Shown one piece after another: positions 28,858 through 38,065 of a stretch of 64,000 nt of DNA (positions within the stretch are counted from its first letter, which is position 1; every line of letters starts with the position of its first letter). Made by a program: the position numbers and the translations under genes. The stretch is from Candidatus Thorarchaeota archaeon (GTDB lineage: Archaea; Asgardarchaeota; Thorarchaeia; Thorarchaeales; Thorarchaeaceae), in assembly GCA_016933575.1 (NCBI GenBank), contig JAFGAR010000028.1, positions 128,001-192,000 on the forward strand, written 5' to 3'. The notes beneath the pieces are model-generated. The model did no database searches and was not told where the DNA came from. It saw nothing but the letters and a program-made list of their open reading frames with translations.

Positions 28858-31548
28858 ATGGACAGTCACGGATGGAGACGCGAACTGGACAAGTTTGCGG
28901 AATTGAAAGGAATCCTAGTGTCAGTCAATCCGATACTAGAAGAACAGGCTAATCGCCAAGTCCGAAACCTCTATGATATCTTTGCTAGTTTAAGCAAGCT
29001 AGAGAATGATCTCACTAACGCGGGCTTGCTAAAGAAACGAAAAGTTCAGACTGAAGTTGATAAAACTACTAGTGAGCTTGAGGATGCATTCATGAGAGCC
29101 ACTCGTGACTTTGCTGAACTATTCAGGAAAGAGCATAGAGATGTAGTTGCGATTATACCCAAATTACAGGCAATTAAACCTGCAGAATCAAAGTCAATCT
29201 CGACTATTAGTTTTCCCGGGATTGGCGCAGGGGATATGAAAGACTTTGAGAAATTGATGGAATTTGCCAAGTCATATTCAAAGTTGTATCTGATTATTTT
29301 TGAAGATGTATCTCGAGAGGTCAAGTCTGTCTTGGATGAGAACAAGGCTACAGTAGACACCTATGAGAGACATGTCACCATCGACAAGAGTGAGGTATCA
29401 ACAACAGTATCTAATGAGGATGTCGCGGGTCTCACAATGCGAGACTTGATCATTCTGAATGACAAGCTCATGGAAGACCGGAAATACCTCAATAGTCGGA
29501 AAGATGAAGTCAGCAAGATGCTGGGTTCATCTTTGGTTAGTGATACTGAATCACTACAGGCATCCGTTGAAACAGCTGCAAGATTGGGACTGGACCTACC
29601 AATGGAATTCTCCCAGCAACTGCGAATCATAGCTAGAGATGCATCAAAAGCACAAGATCTGACCTCTCTGGTAAGTCTTGAGAACCAGCTCCACACCTCC
29701 AAGATAAAGATGGCAAACATGTTGAGAGATAAAATCATCAACATCAAGCATGAGGTCACTCAGAAGATTGTAGATGGGGGAATACCAACTACCTCAGAAG
29801 TCATTCCAAATCCACCATCTGTATCAGTCGAAGGGGAAGGTATTGCAGGATTATTATCAAGTTATCAGCGGATGGTAGAGTGGGAAGGTCAAGTAAGAAT
29901 CGCACTACGTGAAAGACTCTACGAGTTACTTGATGATGTTGAGAAAGCCTCTGAAGTCCCCGATGACACTGGTATTAAAGATGTCATCACAGTGAGACAA
30001 TACATAGCTGATTCAAAGAAGAGTCTGAAATCAGCAGACATTGATGAAATGGTGAGAATCTACATCAAAGTCAAAGCTATGGATGAAGAATACCGTAAAG
30101 CCATCATCGATAGTATACGAAATTACCTAACACGATTCAATGAATTGGCAACTTCAGCAGACCGCGTGCTAGATCATGCCCAGTTAAGCAAGAAGGCTCC
30201 CAAAGTCGAAGAGATGGAGGGTGGAATAACCTATCTACTTGAGTCACTCTCAACTTTGCGACAAGCTGTAGAGAGTGGAGTAGCAACATTTCGTGAAGCC
30301 TGTCAGCAAGAGATTGATGCTATTGTCCATGACCTTCAAACAGTCAAACCTGCTTATGCTGAAATCTTCATGCCAATTATTGTAGAACTTGATGAAGGAT
30401 CCAACAGAATTCAGGTCATGGATGACTTTACAGAGATCAAATCAGAGATGCGTTCTATCAAAGAAACAATGCTTGCAAAGGCAAAGGATTCTTTGGAGAA
30501 CCTGCGCTACAGATTAGGTGTAAAGATTCGACTCGCTGCTGCGAAGCTCATGGGTGCAGGTGTCGAGATACCTCCCGAAGTACAAGAGGCAATCAGTGAA
30601 TTGAATAGTATCGGTGTGGCTGCAGACAATGTTTTTGCCTTGCCTGCAATCGCAAGAAAGATGATTGAGATATATGAAAAGAAGATCTCGAACAATGTCA
30701 TTGATCAGCTAGAGTCGGAGGTCGATTCACTCATCACCTCCCTTGAGAAGGCAAAAAGCATTGGTGTCAAGGTTGAAAAGGAATTGAAGATGCTCACTTC
30801 TTTGAAGGAGAAACCTCCCACAGAGCTCGAAGAAGCCGCGGATGCCTTTGACAAACTAATGAACCTGACAACATCCCCACAGGTGCACAAGAAGATAAGA
30901 GACCGGGTTGATGAGGCCTATCTCCAGATCAAGAACGCAGTAGGGCTCTTCGAAGAACAGGGGATGTCTGAGTTCGTTGAAAGGTTAAAGATGCTAATTG
31001 ACCAAGTACCAGCTAAGCTGGAAAATGAGTCACCTCATGTTAATGATGCCCTTGATGTTTGCCTGACCCTAGCAAATATCCAGGAAGAGATGCTCAGTGT
31101 GATAAAGAACATCTCAAACATGAGTGGAGAAAGGCACGACCGTGAACTTAGAGAGAAAAGCCAATATTACTCAACAATTGAACGAGTTGTTGAAAACCAT
31201 CAAGACCAATTCAGCAAAATCGTATTCAACATAAACAAGATGAAAGAATTAGAATCAACACTTAATGTTCTATCTAATCTTGATGAAACAATCACATGTT
31301 TCCATGAACTTGAAAATATGAGGAAATCGTGGCTCGAGAAATCAATAGCAATGGATGACTGGCACAAGTCATTAAGAATGTTTATGACTGGTTTCAGTCC
31401 TGCAGCAAAGGCTGATGAACGAGACAAGTTCATTGAAGATGCAATACGAAAAATCAAAGAGACCTATAGTAGAGAAGACATCAGTTCTTATCTCAGCTGG
31501 GCGGTAAGGGAAAGCGCTCAAGCATTGGTCGGCGCAAGAAAAACATAG
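28858..31548 (+). CDS. Large helical-repeat/coiled-coil protein of unknown function
   Basis: Continuous amphipathic helices rich in E/K/L/I, no TM or catalytic motif; ATG 28858 preceded by GGAGGT. Confidence 0.75.
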   Translation: MDSHGWRRELDKFAELKGILVSVNPILEEQANRQVRNLYDIFASLSKLENDLTNAGLLKKRKVQTEVDKTTSELEDAFMRATRDFAELFRKEHRDVVAIIPKLQAIKPAESKSISTISFPGIGAGDMKDFEKLMEFAKSYSKLYLIIFEDVSREVKSVLDENKATVDTYERHVTIDKSEVSTTVSNEDVAGLTMRDLIILNDKLMEDRKYLNSRKDEVSKMLGSSLVSDTESLQASVETAARLGLDLPMEFSQQLRIIARDASKAQDLTSLVSLENQLHTSKIKMANMLRDKIINIKHEVTQKIVDGGIPTTSEVIPNPPSVSVEGEGIAGLLSSYQRMVEWEGQVRIALRERLYELLDDVEKASEVPDDTGIKDVITVRQYIADSKKSLKSADIDEMVRIYIKVKAMDEEYRKAIIDSIRNYLTRFNELATSADRVLDHAQLSKKAPKVEEMEGGITYLLESLSTLRQAVESGVATFREACQQEIDAIVHDLQTVKPAYAEIFMPIIVELDEGSNRIQVMDDFTEIKSEMRSIKETMLAKAKDSLENLRYRLGVKIRLAAAKLMGAGVEIPPEVQEAISELNSIGVAADNVFALPAIARKMIEIYEKKISNNVIDQLESEVDSLITSLEKAKSIGVKVEKELKMLTSLKEKPPTELEEAADAFDKLMNLTTSPQVHKKIRDRVDEAYLQIKNAVGLFEEQGMSEFVERLKMLIDQVPAKLENESPHVNDALDVCLTLANIQEEMLSVIKNISNMSGERHDRELREKSQYYSTIERVVENHQDQFSKIVFNINKMKELESTLNVLSNLDETITCFHELENMRKSWLEKSIAMDDWHKSLRMFMTGFSPAAKADERDKFIEDAIRKIKETYSREDISSYLSWAVRESAQALVGARKT

Positions 31549-31560
31549 GAGTAGCAGTCA

Positions 31561-32946
31561 ATGTTTGGAACCAATCCTGGTGTAGATAGTGATGACACAA
31601 CCAAAGCAGCTGAAGTTTTTGCAATCGGAATAGGAGAATGTGGGTCTAATATTGTAGGTTCATACCTCCAGACTAGCCGCGATAATAAACTGCCATCACG
31701 TGTTCGAGGATACCTCCTCATCAATACAGATAGAGCAGACCTCACCAAGGTCAGGCAAAAATACAAGATACCCAAGGAAAACACCCTCTTGTATGGCGCG
31801 TCTGAGATAGGTGTCGGTGGTCGTTTCATGGATGGGTATAATGCAATCATGGAATCCAAGGACATCATCTTCGACCAGTTGAGTAATCTAGGATTTGAGG
31901 GTGTATCGGGATTCTGTATCTTTACATCCTTGGGTGGTGGTACCGGATGCGGCGGAGCTCCTGCTTTAATTGAGCTTCTAAAACAGAGATTCCAAGAAGA
32001 AGAAGGTCGCCGTATCTTCGTGTACGTTGTAGGTATTCTGCCCTTTGAAGGCCAGTCCAGCGAAGCTTTGAACTCAATATGGGCAGTATCTAAACTGCTT
32101 CGGGCTCAACTTCAGGAACGAGGCGCAGACCTGACTATCTTACTTTCAAACCGAACTATGCTGAAGAGGATTCTTCAATGGAGAAAAGGAGATACTGTGG
32201 ACTATCTACGAAGAGAACTCGATGTAGATATTGCAGATATTGACTCCATCGAGTCGATGGTACCATCAACCCTCGATGAAGCGAGTGATCTTGAGGCGAG
32301 AACAGAACAAGCATTCGTTGAATTGGTGAACCCACTCGCTCTGGATGTTGTTGAGGCAATGCTTTCGCCAGGAGTCTGGGAAAGTCATAAAGATGTATTT
32401 CCAACAACCGACCTAGCAGATTATTCACGAAAACTGGACCCAGTAGTGGTACCAGCTCTCTATACTGACATTGGTCTAATCCCTGATGCCGGTAGCATGC
32501 CAAAGCAGCTAAGAACAATGATAGACTATGCAGTGAAGGAGTGTTCCTATGCAGACGTTGGAGAAGAACCCAATGCTGAATCTGTCTACTATGTTCTTTC
32601 AGGACCGACTCATATTGCTAAAGCTGAGTTTGGTATGCATGTGAAAGAAGCTCTTGACAAATTCATTGCTCCAGGTGCTGCAATCACACCATGTTATGTC
32701 CAATATCATGTTCCTGATGCAAAGACAAACCTGCTTTTATTGCTCGGACTTCCGAAGATACCAGAGCTTGTCACTATCATCAATGAAGCAACACAACTGG
32801 TCAATCTTCATAGCGGAGCATCTCCACTAAAACAGGGCTGGTTTATGAGATCTAAAGGAACATCTCGAAAGGAACTTGTAGATGCCATTAATGACTTCCG
32901 TGAGCTCTTCAGTTATTACATGACTCCTGGAGAGACTATGCAATAA
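31561..32946 (+). CDS. Divergent tubulin/FtsZ/CetZ-superfamily GTPase
   Basis: T1 'GIGECGSNI', T2 'INTD', T3 'GVGG', signature 'SLGGGTGCGG', T5 'ILPFEG', T6 'LLSN', T7 'TTDLADY'; AGGAG RBS. Confidence 0.9.
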   Translation: MFGTNPGVDSDDTTKAAEVFAIGIGECGSNIVGSYLQTSRDNKLPSRVRGYLLINTDRADLTKVRQKYKIPKENTLLYGASEIGVGGRFMDGYNAIMESKDIIFDQLSNLGFEGVSGFCIFTSLGGGTGCGGAPALIELLKQRFQEEEGRRIFVYVVGILPFEGQSSEALNSIWAVSKLLRAQLQERGADLTILLSNRTMLKRILQWRKGDTVDYLRRELDVDIADIDSIESMVPSTLDEASDLEARTEQAFVELVNPLALDVVEAMLSPGVWESHKDVFPTTDLADYSRKLDPVVVPALYTDIGLIPDAGSMPKQLRTMIDYAVKECSYADVGEEPNAESVYYVLSGPTHIAKAEFGMHVKEALDKFIAPGAAITPCYVQYHVPDAKTNLLLLLGLPKIPELVTIINEATQLVNLHSGASPLKQGWFMRSKGTSRKELVDAINDFRELFSYYMTPGETMQ

Positions 32947-32960
32947 TGGAGTGTGAATAA

Positions 32961-34031
32961 TTGTCTGATGGTGACTCCTCATCCTTTCAATACGATGACC
33001 TCATTGATAGGCTACTCCTAATTGTAACTCTCAATTCCACATTGATCCATTTCTTGTTGAGTTCTCAAGTTGAAGGATACATTGATCCTGATCGAGTGGA
33101 CTCACTGACCCAAGGATTGGTAAGAACGAGAAAGTGGATGGAAGAAGCCACAACAATGAAAGGTGTACCCCCTTCAACTCAAAATATTTTGAGTCTGATT
33201 GTCAAGCGACTTGCACAAGTTGAGAGTCTGCTACCAAAACTATCAGACAAAGCCAAGTTGGCTGAGAAGACTCCAGCACAGGAGATTCTCTCATTACTTG
33301 ATGGAGCCCAAGTAAAGACGAAGGTCTCTTCAGAAGGTGCGTCACTGGAAGCAAGTTCTGAGACTGAGTTGGTTCCTCTTGTAGGAGCTGAGCCTGCAAA
33401 GACTTTGGAGGCATATAGAAAGGTCGATGTAGAGGACGACCAATTTGGGTTGATTGGCCAGACCCAGCGGCTAATCCAGCAATATTCGCCACGTTGTCAT
33501 ATTTTATTGCCGACCTTTTGGCTTGAAGCACTTCGAGAGATTCACAAATACAGATCTGAATCTCCATACTTTGGAGATGTTATTGAGCTTCCAGCAAGAA
33601 TCATTGTAAAGGTGACAAAAAGCCTTCTCACAGAAGCACCAGGGGCAAGACTGTTACAAGACTTGATGAAGAATCGACAACAAGAGAGCTATCTCAATAG
33701 TTCAGAGATGGAACGTATCGAGCGAGCAGTTGCAAAATACTTCCAAGGTGTTGAAGCAGTTCTAAAAGAAGACACACTGAATGTCAAGGACAAGATTCTT
33801 GAGGCTCAGACTGCATTCGATGGATTTGGATGGGGTGGACCAGAGCTAGAGAAACGCCTGATTAAGCGGATAAATCAAGAATGTGAAGAGTCGCTCCAGA
33901 ATGCTGAATCTGCAACTGATGAAGCAAGACAGGTCATTTATGCTGAAATTACAAAGTTGATGAGTAAACTTCAACACGCAATTCTTGCAGAATCACGACC
34001 TCGTGAAATCCTCTCGCAAATGAAGCCATAG
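32961..34031 (+). CDS. Hypothetical alpha-helical protein, third gene of the tubulin-like operon
   Basis: 356-aa ORF starting 14 nt after the GTPase stop, GGAG upstream; no recognisable motif. Confidence 0.7.
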   Translation: MSDGDSSSFQYDDLIDRLLLIVTLNSTLIHFLLSSQVEGYIDPDRVDSLTQGLVRTRKWMEEATTMKGVPPSTQNILSLIVKRLAQVESLLPKLSDKAKLAEKTPAQEILSLLDGAQVKTKVSSEGASLEASSETELVPLVGAEPAKTLEAYRKVDVEDDQFGLIGQTQRLIQQYSPRCHILLPTFWLEALREIHKYRSESPYFGDVIELPARIIVKVTKSLLTEAPGARLLQDLMKNRQQESYLNSSEMERIERAVAKYFQGVEAVLKEDTLNVKDKILEAQTAFDGFGWGGPELEKRLIKRINQECEESLQNAESATDEARQVIYAEITKLMSKLQHAILAESRPREILSQMKP

Positions 34032-34119
34032 ATAGTATTTCGATGCCCAGTAGATATGTATAGACGTAGTTGATATAAGGGATTATTACAATTTCAAGTA
34101 AAATCACTGAAGAGGATAA

Positions 34120-35529
34120 ATGATGTCTGGATTAAGAACCATGTTGAATCCTAAGGTGACAGCTGTGGTTGGAGTATCAACATCTAACCCATTTTCACCA
34201 GGGAATGTTATATTTCGAAAACTTGCATTTGAAAATGCACTTCCCACATATCCAATCAATCCGAAAGGCGGCTTTGTAGAAGGAGTGGAGGTCTACAAAT
34301 CAATTACCGAAGCTCCAAATGATATCGAACTTGTGGTAATATCAGTACCTGCAAAATATGTACCTGGAGTCTTGACGGAGTGCGGAGAAAAAGGAATCAA
34401 AGCTGTCATTGTTGTTTCAGGTGGTTTTAGCGAAATTGGCGAAAGTGGCACCCAATTGCAATCTGAAATAGTTGAGATTGCTAATAAATTCAAGATCTCA
34501 ATGGTCGGTCCAAACTGCATTGGGGTCTATGTACCAGACCTCCTTGATACTTTCTTTCTACCTTCAGAACGAGTTGCAAGATCAAGAAGAGGACATGCTG
34601 CGATTATTTCACAAAGCGGAGGCTGGCTAATAGAGAGATTAGAAGAGTTCGCAGATAGAAGGGTTGGTATTGCAGCAGCAGTCTCAATTGGGAATGCTGC
34701 ACAGATTAAGGTAGCAGATTTTATTGAGCATTTTGGTAACGATAAAAATGTCAATGTCATTCTTTGTTATATTGAAGGTTTTGGACCAAATGAAGGACGT
34801 TATTTTGTTGAAGTCTGCTCTAAAATTGCACTGAAGAAACCAGTCGTTGTTCTAAAGGGAGGAGAATCGGAAGCTGGACACAGGGCGACACAGAGTCATA
34901 CATCCTCGTTAGCTGGAGATCAAGCTATTGCAAAAGCAGCCTTCAATCAGTACGGTGTAATCCATGCATTAGACGAAGATGAGGTCATGGCTTATGCTAA
35001 GATATTCTCCTTTACGCCCAAGTATATGAAGACAAATAGAATTGGTACACTCTCTGTCAGTGGTGGTCATGGTGTCATTGCAAGTGATGAAGCCTCAGCA
35101 TATGGTCTTGAATTCCCACCCTTCTCAGAAGAAGAACAGAGGGCAATGAGGGAGGTCATGACACCTGCATATCAAAACATTGCGTCTTTCAGAAATCCAT
35201 GTGACTTGACAGGTAGTGCCTCGGATATTGATTATGAGAACGTCCTTGATATCATGCTGACGTTTAATTCCATTGATGCGGGTCTCTTACTATTGCTTCC
35301 ATACGCACCTGGAATCTCTTTGCAGATTGGTGCACGAGTGGCAAATGTGTCTAAACGCCACGATAAGGCAGTGGTAGCCTATGTACCTGACCTTGAAAAA
35401 TATGAAGTAATTATTAGGGGCTTTGAACTGAACGGAATTGCGGTTGCAGATACCATCGAAGAAGCAGTTCAAATGCTAAATGGTATTAGGAGAAGGACTA
35501 GGTATTTTCAGCGGATTGGCGTAATTTAG
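34120..35529 (+). CDS. acdA: Acetate/acyl--CoA ligase (ADP-forming) alpha subunit
   Basis: CoA-binding 'YPINPK', 'SGGFSE', 'GPNCIG', 'SQSG', phospho-His 'SHTSSLAG', 'NPCDLTG'. Confidence 0.85.
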   Translation: MMSGLRTMLNPKVTAVVGVSTSNPFSPGNVIFRKLAFENALPTYPINPKGGFVEGVEVYKSITEAPNDIELVVISVPAKYVPGVLTECGEKGIKAVIVVSGGFSEIGESGTQLQSEIVEIANKFKISMVGPNCIGVYVPDLLDTFFLPSERVARSRRGHAAIISQSGGWLIERLEEFADRRVGIAAAVSIGNAAQIKVADFIEHFGNDKNVNVILCYIEGFGPNEGRYFVEVCSKIALKKPVVVLKGGESEAGHRATQSHTSSLAGDQAIAKAAFNQYGVIHALDEDEVMAYAKIFSFTPKYMKTNRIGTLSVSGGHGVIASDEASAYGLEFPPFSEEEQRAMREVMTPAYQNIASFRNPCDLTGSASDIDYENVLDIMLTFNSIDAGLLLLLPYAPGISLQIGARVANVSKRHDKAVVAYVPDLEKYEVIIRGFELNGIAVADTIEEAVQMLNGIRRRTRYFQRIGVI

Positions 35530-36659
35530 GTCCCACTAGCAACTCTTTTGTAATCAATATCAAGGGATTGGAGAGCTTCAACCAGTTTACCTTTCAATAT
35601 GAGTTGTCTTGAGGAGAAGTCTGTAACTGATGAACAACCAGTCAGATACATAGCTGCCTTCAGCCCATCCAGTATCTTTTCAATTTCTACAACAACATCC
35701 AAGCTAGAGCCATAGACAGCAGGTCGTAAGAGTGGAAGAGCTACACCAGCTGAGATTGCTCCAAGACTGAGTGCTTTTGCAATATCAAGACCGGATCGAA
35801 TCCCACCAGTGGCTATTACATCAAGTTCAGTAGAATCTAAGACCATGATAATGCTTAATGCAGTAGGAATACCCCAATCCCAGAATTCAAGCCCAAGCTG
35901 TGCTTTCACCTCATCCGACTCTCGAAGCGCTCTGAAATATTCAACACCAGCCCAGCTAGTGCCACCGACTCCCCCAACATCGACGCCATCTACTCCAATT
36001 TCTTCAAGACTACGTGCCACCTCAGATGATATCCCTGCACCTGTTTCTTTCACAATCACTGGAACATCAACAGCATCAACGATAGCAGCAATTCCTTCAA
36101 GAAATCCTTCCGAGTTGCAATCGCCTTCTGGTTGGATTGCCTCCTGCAGAGGATTCAGATGAACAGCAAGAATATCTGCTTCAATCATGGAAACTGCATC
36201 CTCAGCGAGATCAACATGAGTTGCGCCGATATTTGCTATTACAGGAACCGAAGGAGCACGTTCTCTCACAATTGTAAAAGTGTCAGCAAGATCAGGATTT
36301 TCAATACCAGACCGTTGACTTCCCACTCCAATGGGAATACCTAGTTCTTCAGCTGCTATTGCTAGTTTTTCATTTATTGAGAGAGTACGAGGATGACCGC
36401 CAGTCATCGCTGCAATAACAAGTGGAGCATTCGCCCTAAGACCGAAGAAAATGGATGTTAGATTGATTTTCTCCATATCGATTTCAGGAAGTGCATTATG
36501 AACGAATTCAATATCCTCAAACATTGTAGTTTTCCGACATTGAACGTCTTCCTCCAGACAGATCTCGATGTGTTCAATCTTCCTGCGTTTAGTCAGAGAA
36601 GCTTCAGTTATATCAGTATCAGATTCATCAAGATCATCAGGTTTGTTGTGGACCATCAA
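35526..36659 (-). CDS. fni: Type II isopentenyl-diphosphate delta-isomerase (FMN)
   Basis: 'RKIEHI', 'AMTGG', 'GVGSQR', 'HLNPLQE..QPEG', 'VKETG', 'GGTSW'. Confidence 0.95.
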   Translation of the reverse strand: MMVHNKPDDLDESDTDITEASLTKRRKIEHIEICLEEDVQCRKTTMFEDIEFVHNALPEIDMEKINLTSIFFGLRANAPLVIAAMTGGHPRTLSINEKLAIAAEELGIPIGVGSQRSGIENPDLADTFTIVRERAPSVPVIANIGATHVDLAEDAVSMIEADILAVHLNPLQEAIQPEGDCNSEGFLEGIAAIVDAVDVPVIVKETGAGISSEVARSLEEIGVDGVDVGGVGGTSWAGVEYFRALRESDEVKAQLGLEFWDWGIPTALSIIMVLDSTELDVIATGGIRSGLDIAKALSLGAISAGVALPLLRPAVYGSSLDVVVEIEKILDGLKAAMYLTGCSSVTDFSSRQLILKGKLVEALQSLDIDYKRVASGT

Positions 36660-36802
36660 TCTTCCTCCATGGGTAGAAGATAAGATGCCATTAATGCAGA
36701 TAGAAGTTGCGGTTCATATCAAGAATGAGTCACTCCATGTAAGCTTGCGTGATAGGAAGCTTTTATTCAGACTTGACGAATGAATCTGACAACGTGGCGA
36801 AA

Positions 36803-37345
36803 ATGGCAGACGAAGAGAAATTTCGAATAGAAGAACCTGAAGAAGAAAAGGAAGAGAAAAAGGGTCTCTTCAGACCACTACCAAAGACAGAACAGACTTT
36901 CAAGAGCTCAGGTGGGAAACGCCCACAACCTGTTGTAAAACTACTAGGATTCTCAATGTATGAGAAGAATAGAGATCTCCTCTTGCTCATTCTAATACCC
37001 ATTCTTAGCGCACTTATTAACACTTCAATATACTCCTTTGTTGTCGTAAGTATTTTTGAAAATGATGCTATGTTCCTATTCTTCATGCCTGCCATAGCAG
37101 CTATACCAATTGGTCTTGTAGTATCAGAAACAGGGAAGGCACTAATTGGAGGCTTTTTGAGTGCATTCTTTTTCTTTGTATTCTTTGTACTCTTTCTCAC
37201 TTCTCCAGCTCTTATGGTACCGCAACTTGGATTAGGGAATTTTCTAGTTAGTGGAATCACATTGACTGTCGGGTATTTCATTTTCGTAACAGTAGCAAGC
37301 CTACTTGGAGCAGTAATTGGCACAATTGTCAGGGAATTTGGTTAG
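36803..37345 (+). CDS. Four-TM membrane protein of unknown function
   Basis: Charged N-terminus followed by four hydrophobic segments. Confidence 0.7.
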   Translation: MADEEKFRIEEPEEEKEEKKGLFRPLPKTEQTFKSSGGKRPQPVVKLLGFSMYEKNRDLLLLILIPILSALINTSIYSFVVVSIFENDAMFLFFMPAIAAIPIGLVVSETGKALIGGFLSAFFFFVFFVLFLTSPALMVPQLGLGNFLVSGITLTVGYFIFVTVASLLGAVIGTIVREFG

Positions 37346-37450
37346 AGGTAGATTTGTTACGACCATCTCCCAGAGTGCAATAGAGCCATTCAGGAGGCTG
37401 TTTCCGAGATGAGGAGATTTTATTAGGGGAGTTCTTAACGCGACGTTCGC

Positions 37451-38056
37451 ATGAAGAGGATAGGCGTCCTAATCAGCGGGAGAGGTACAAATCTTCAAGC
37501 ACTTATTGATGCTGGATGCCGCGGGGATCTAGGTGGAAAAATCGTAGTTGTCATTAGCAACAAAAACAATGCACTTGGCGTGGAACGTGCAAGAAGAGCT
37601 GGAATACAAGTTGAAATAATTACTAAACGCATGTTTCCAGATCGAATTGAGTTTGATAAAGCTCTTATCAAGATATTAAACGAACAGAGAGTAGATTTGG
37701 TTGTCCTTGCAGGTTACATGAGAATGTTCACTGAACAATTCATCACCGAGTTTTCTTCACGGATAATAAATGTGCATCCTTCACTACTGCCCTCGTTTAA
37801 AGGAGTAAAGGCACAATGGCAGGCTGTCGAATATGGAACCCGCGTGTCTGGGTGCACAACACACTTCGTTACGCTGGAAATGGATTCAGGACCTATAATT
37901 CTTCAACGAGCGATTCCAGTGTTTTTTGATGATGATGGAGAAACATTGTCTAATAGAATCTTACCAGAAGAACATAGAATATTGGTGAAGAGTGTAAGGC
38001 TGTTTTGTGAAGACAAATTGAGAATAGAGGGCGAAAGGGTTCTCATATTGGAGTAG
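37451..38056 (+). CDS. purN: Phosphoribosylglycinamide formyltransferase (folate-dependent)
   Basis: 'SGRGTNLQA', 'LAGYMR', 'NVHPSLLP.FKG', 'GCTTHFV...DSGPII'. Confidence 0.95.
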   Translation: MKRIGVLISGRGTNLQALIDAGCRGDLGGKIVVVISNKNNALGVERARRAGIQVEIITKRMFPDRIEFDKALIKILNEQRVDLVVLAGYMRMFTEQFITEFSSRIINVHPSLLPSFKGVKAQWQAVEYGTRVSGCTTHFVTLEMDSGPIILQRAIPVFFDDDGETLSNRILPEEHRILVKSVRLFCEDKLRIEGERVLILE

Positions 38057-38065
38057 TGGTCAATA

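Noticed and set aside
28858-31548. SMC/Rad50 or dynamin-like identity for the long helical protein
   Set aside because: No Walker A/B, signature, hinge, zinc-hook or GTPase motifs.
31561-32946. Calling the GTPase ftsZ or a bona fide tubulin
   Set aside because: It lacks FtsZ GAG.NP and the C-terminal core peptide, and lacks tubulin-specific motifs; only superfamily membership is supported.
36763-37323. 186-aa antisense ORF, representative of many shadow ORFs in the track
   Set aside because: Fully antisense to a plausible gene; explained by codon bias.
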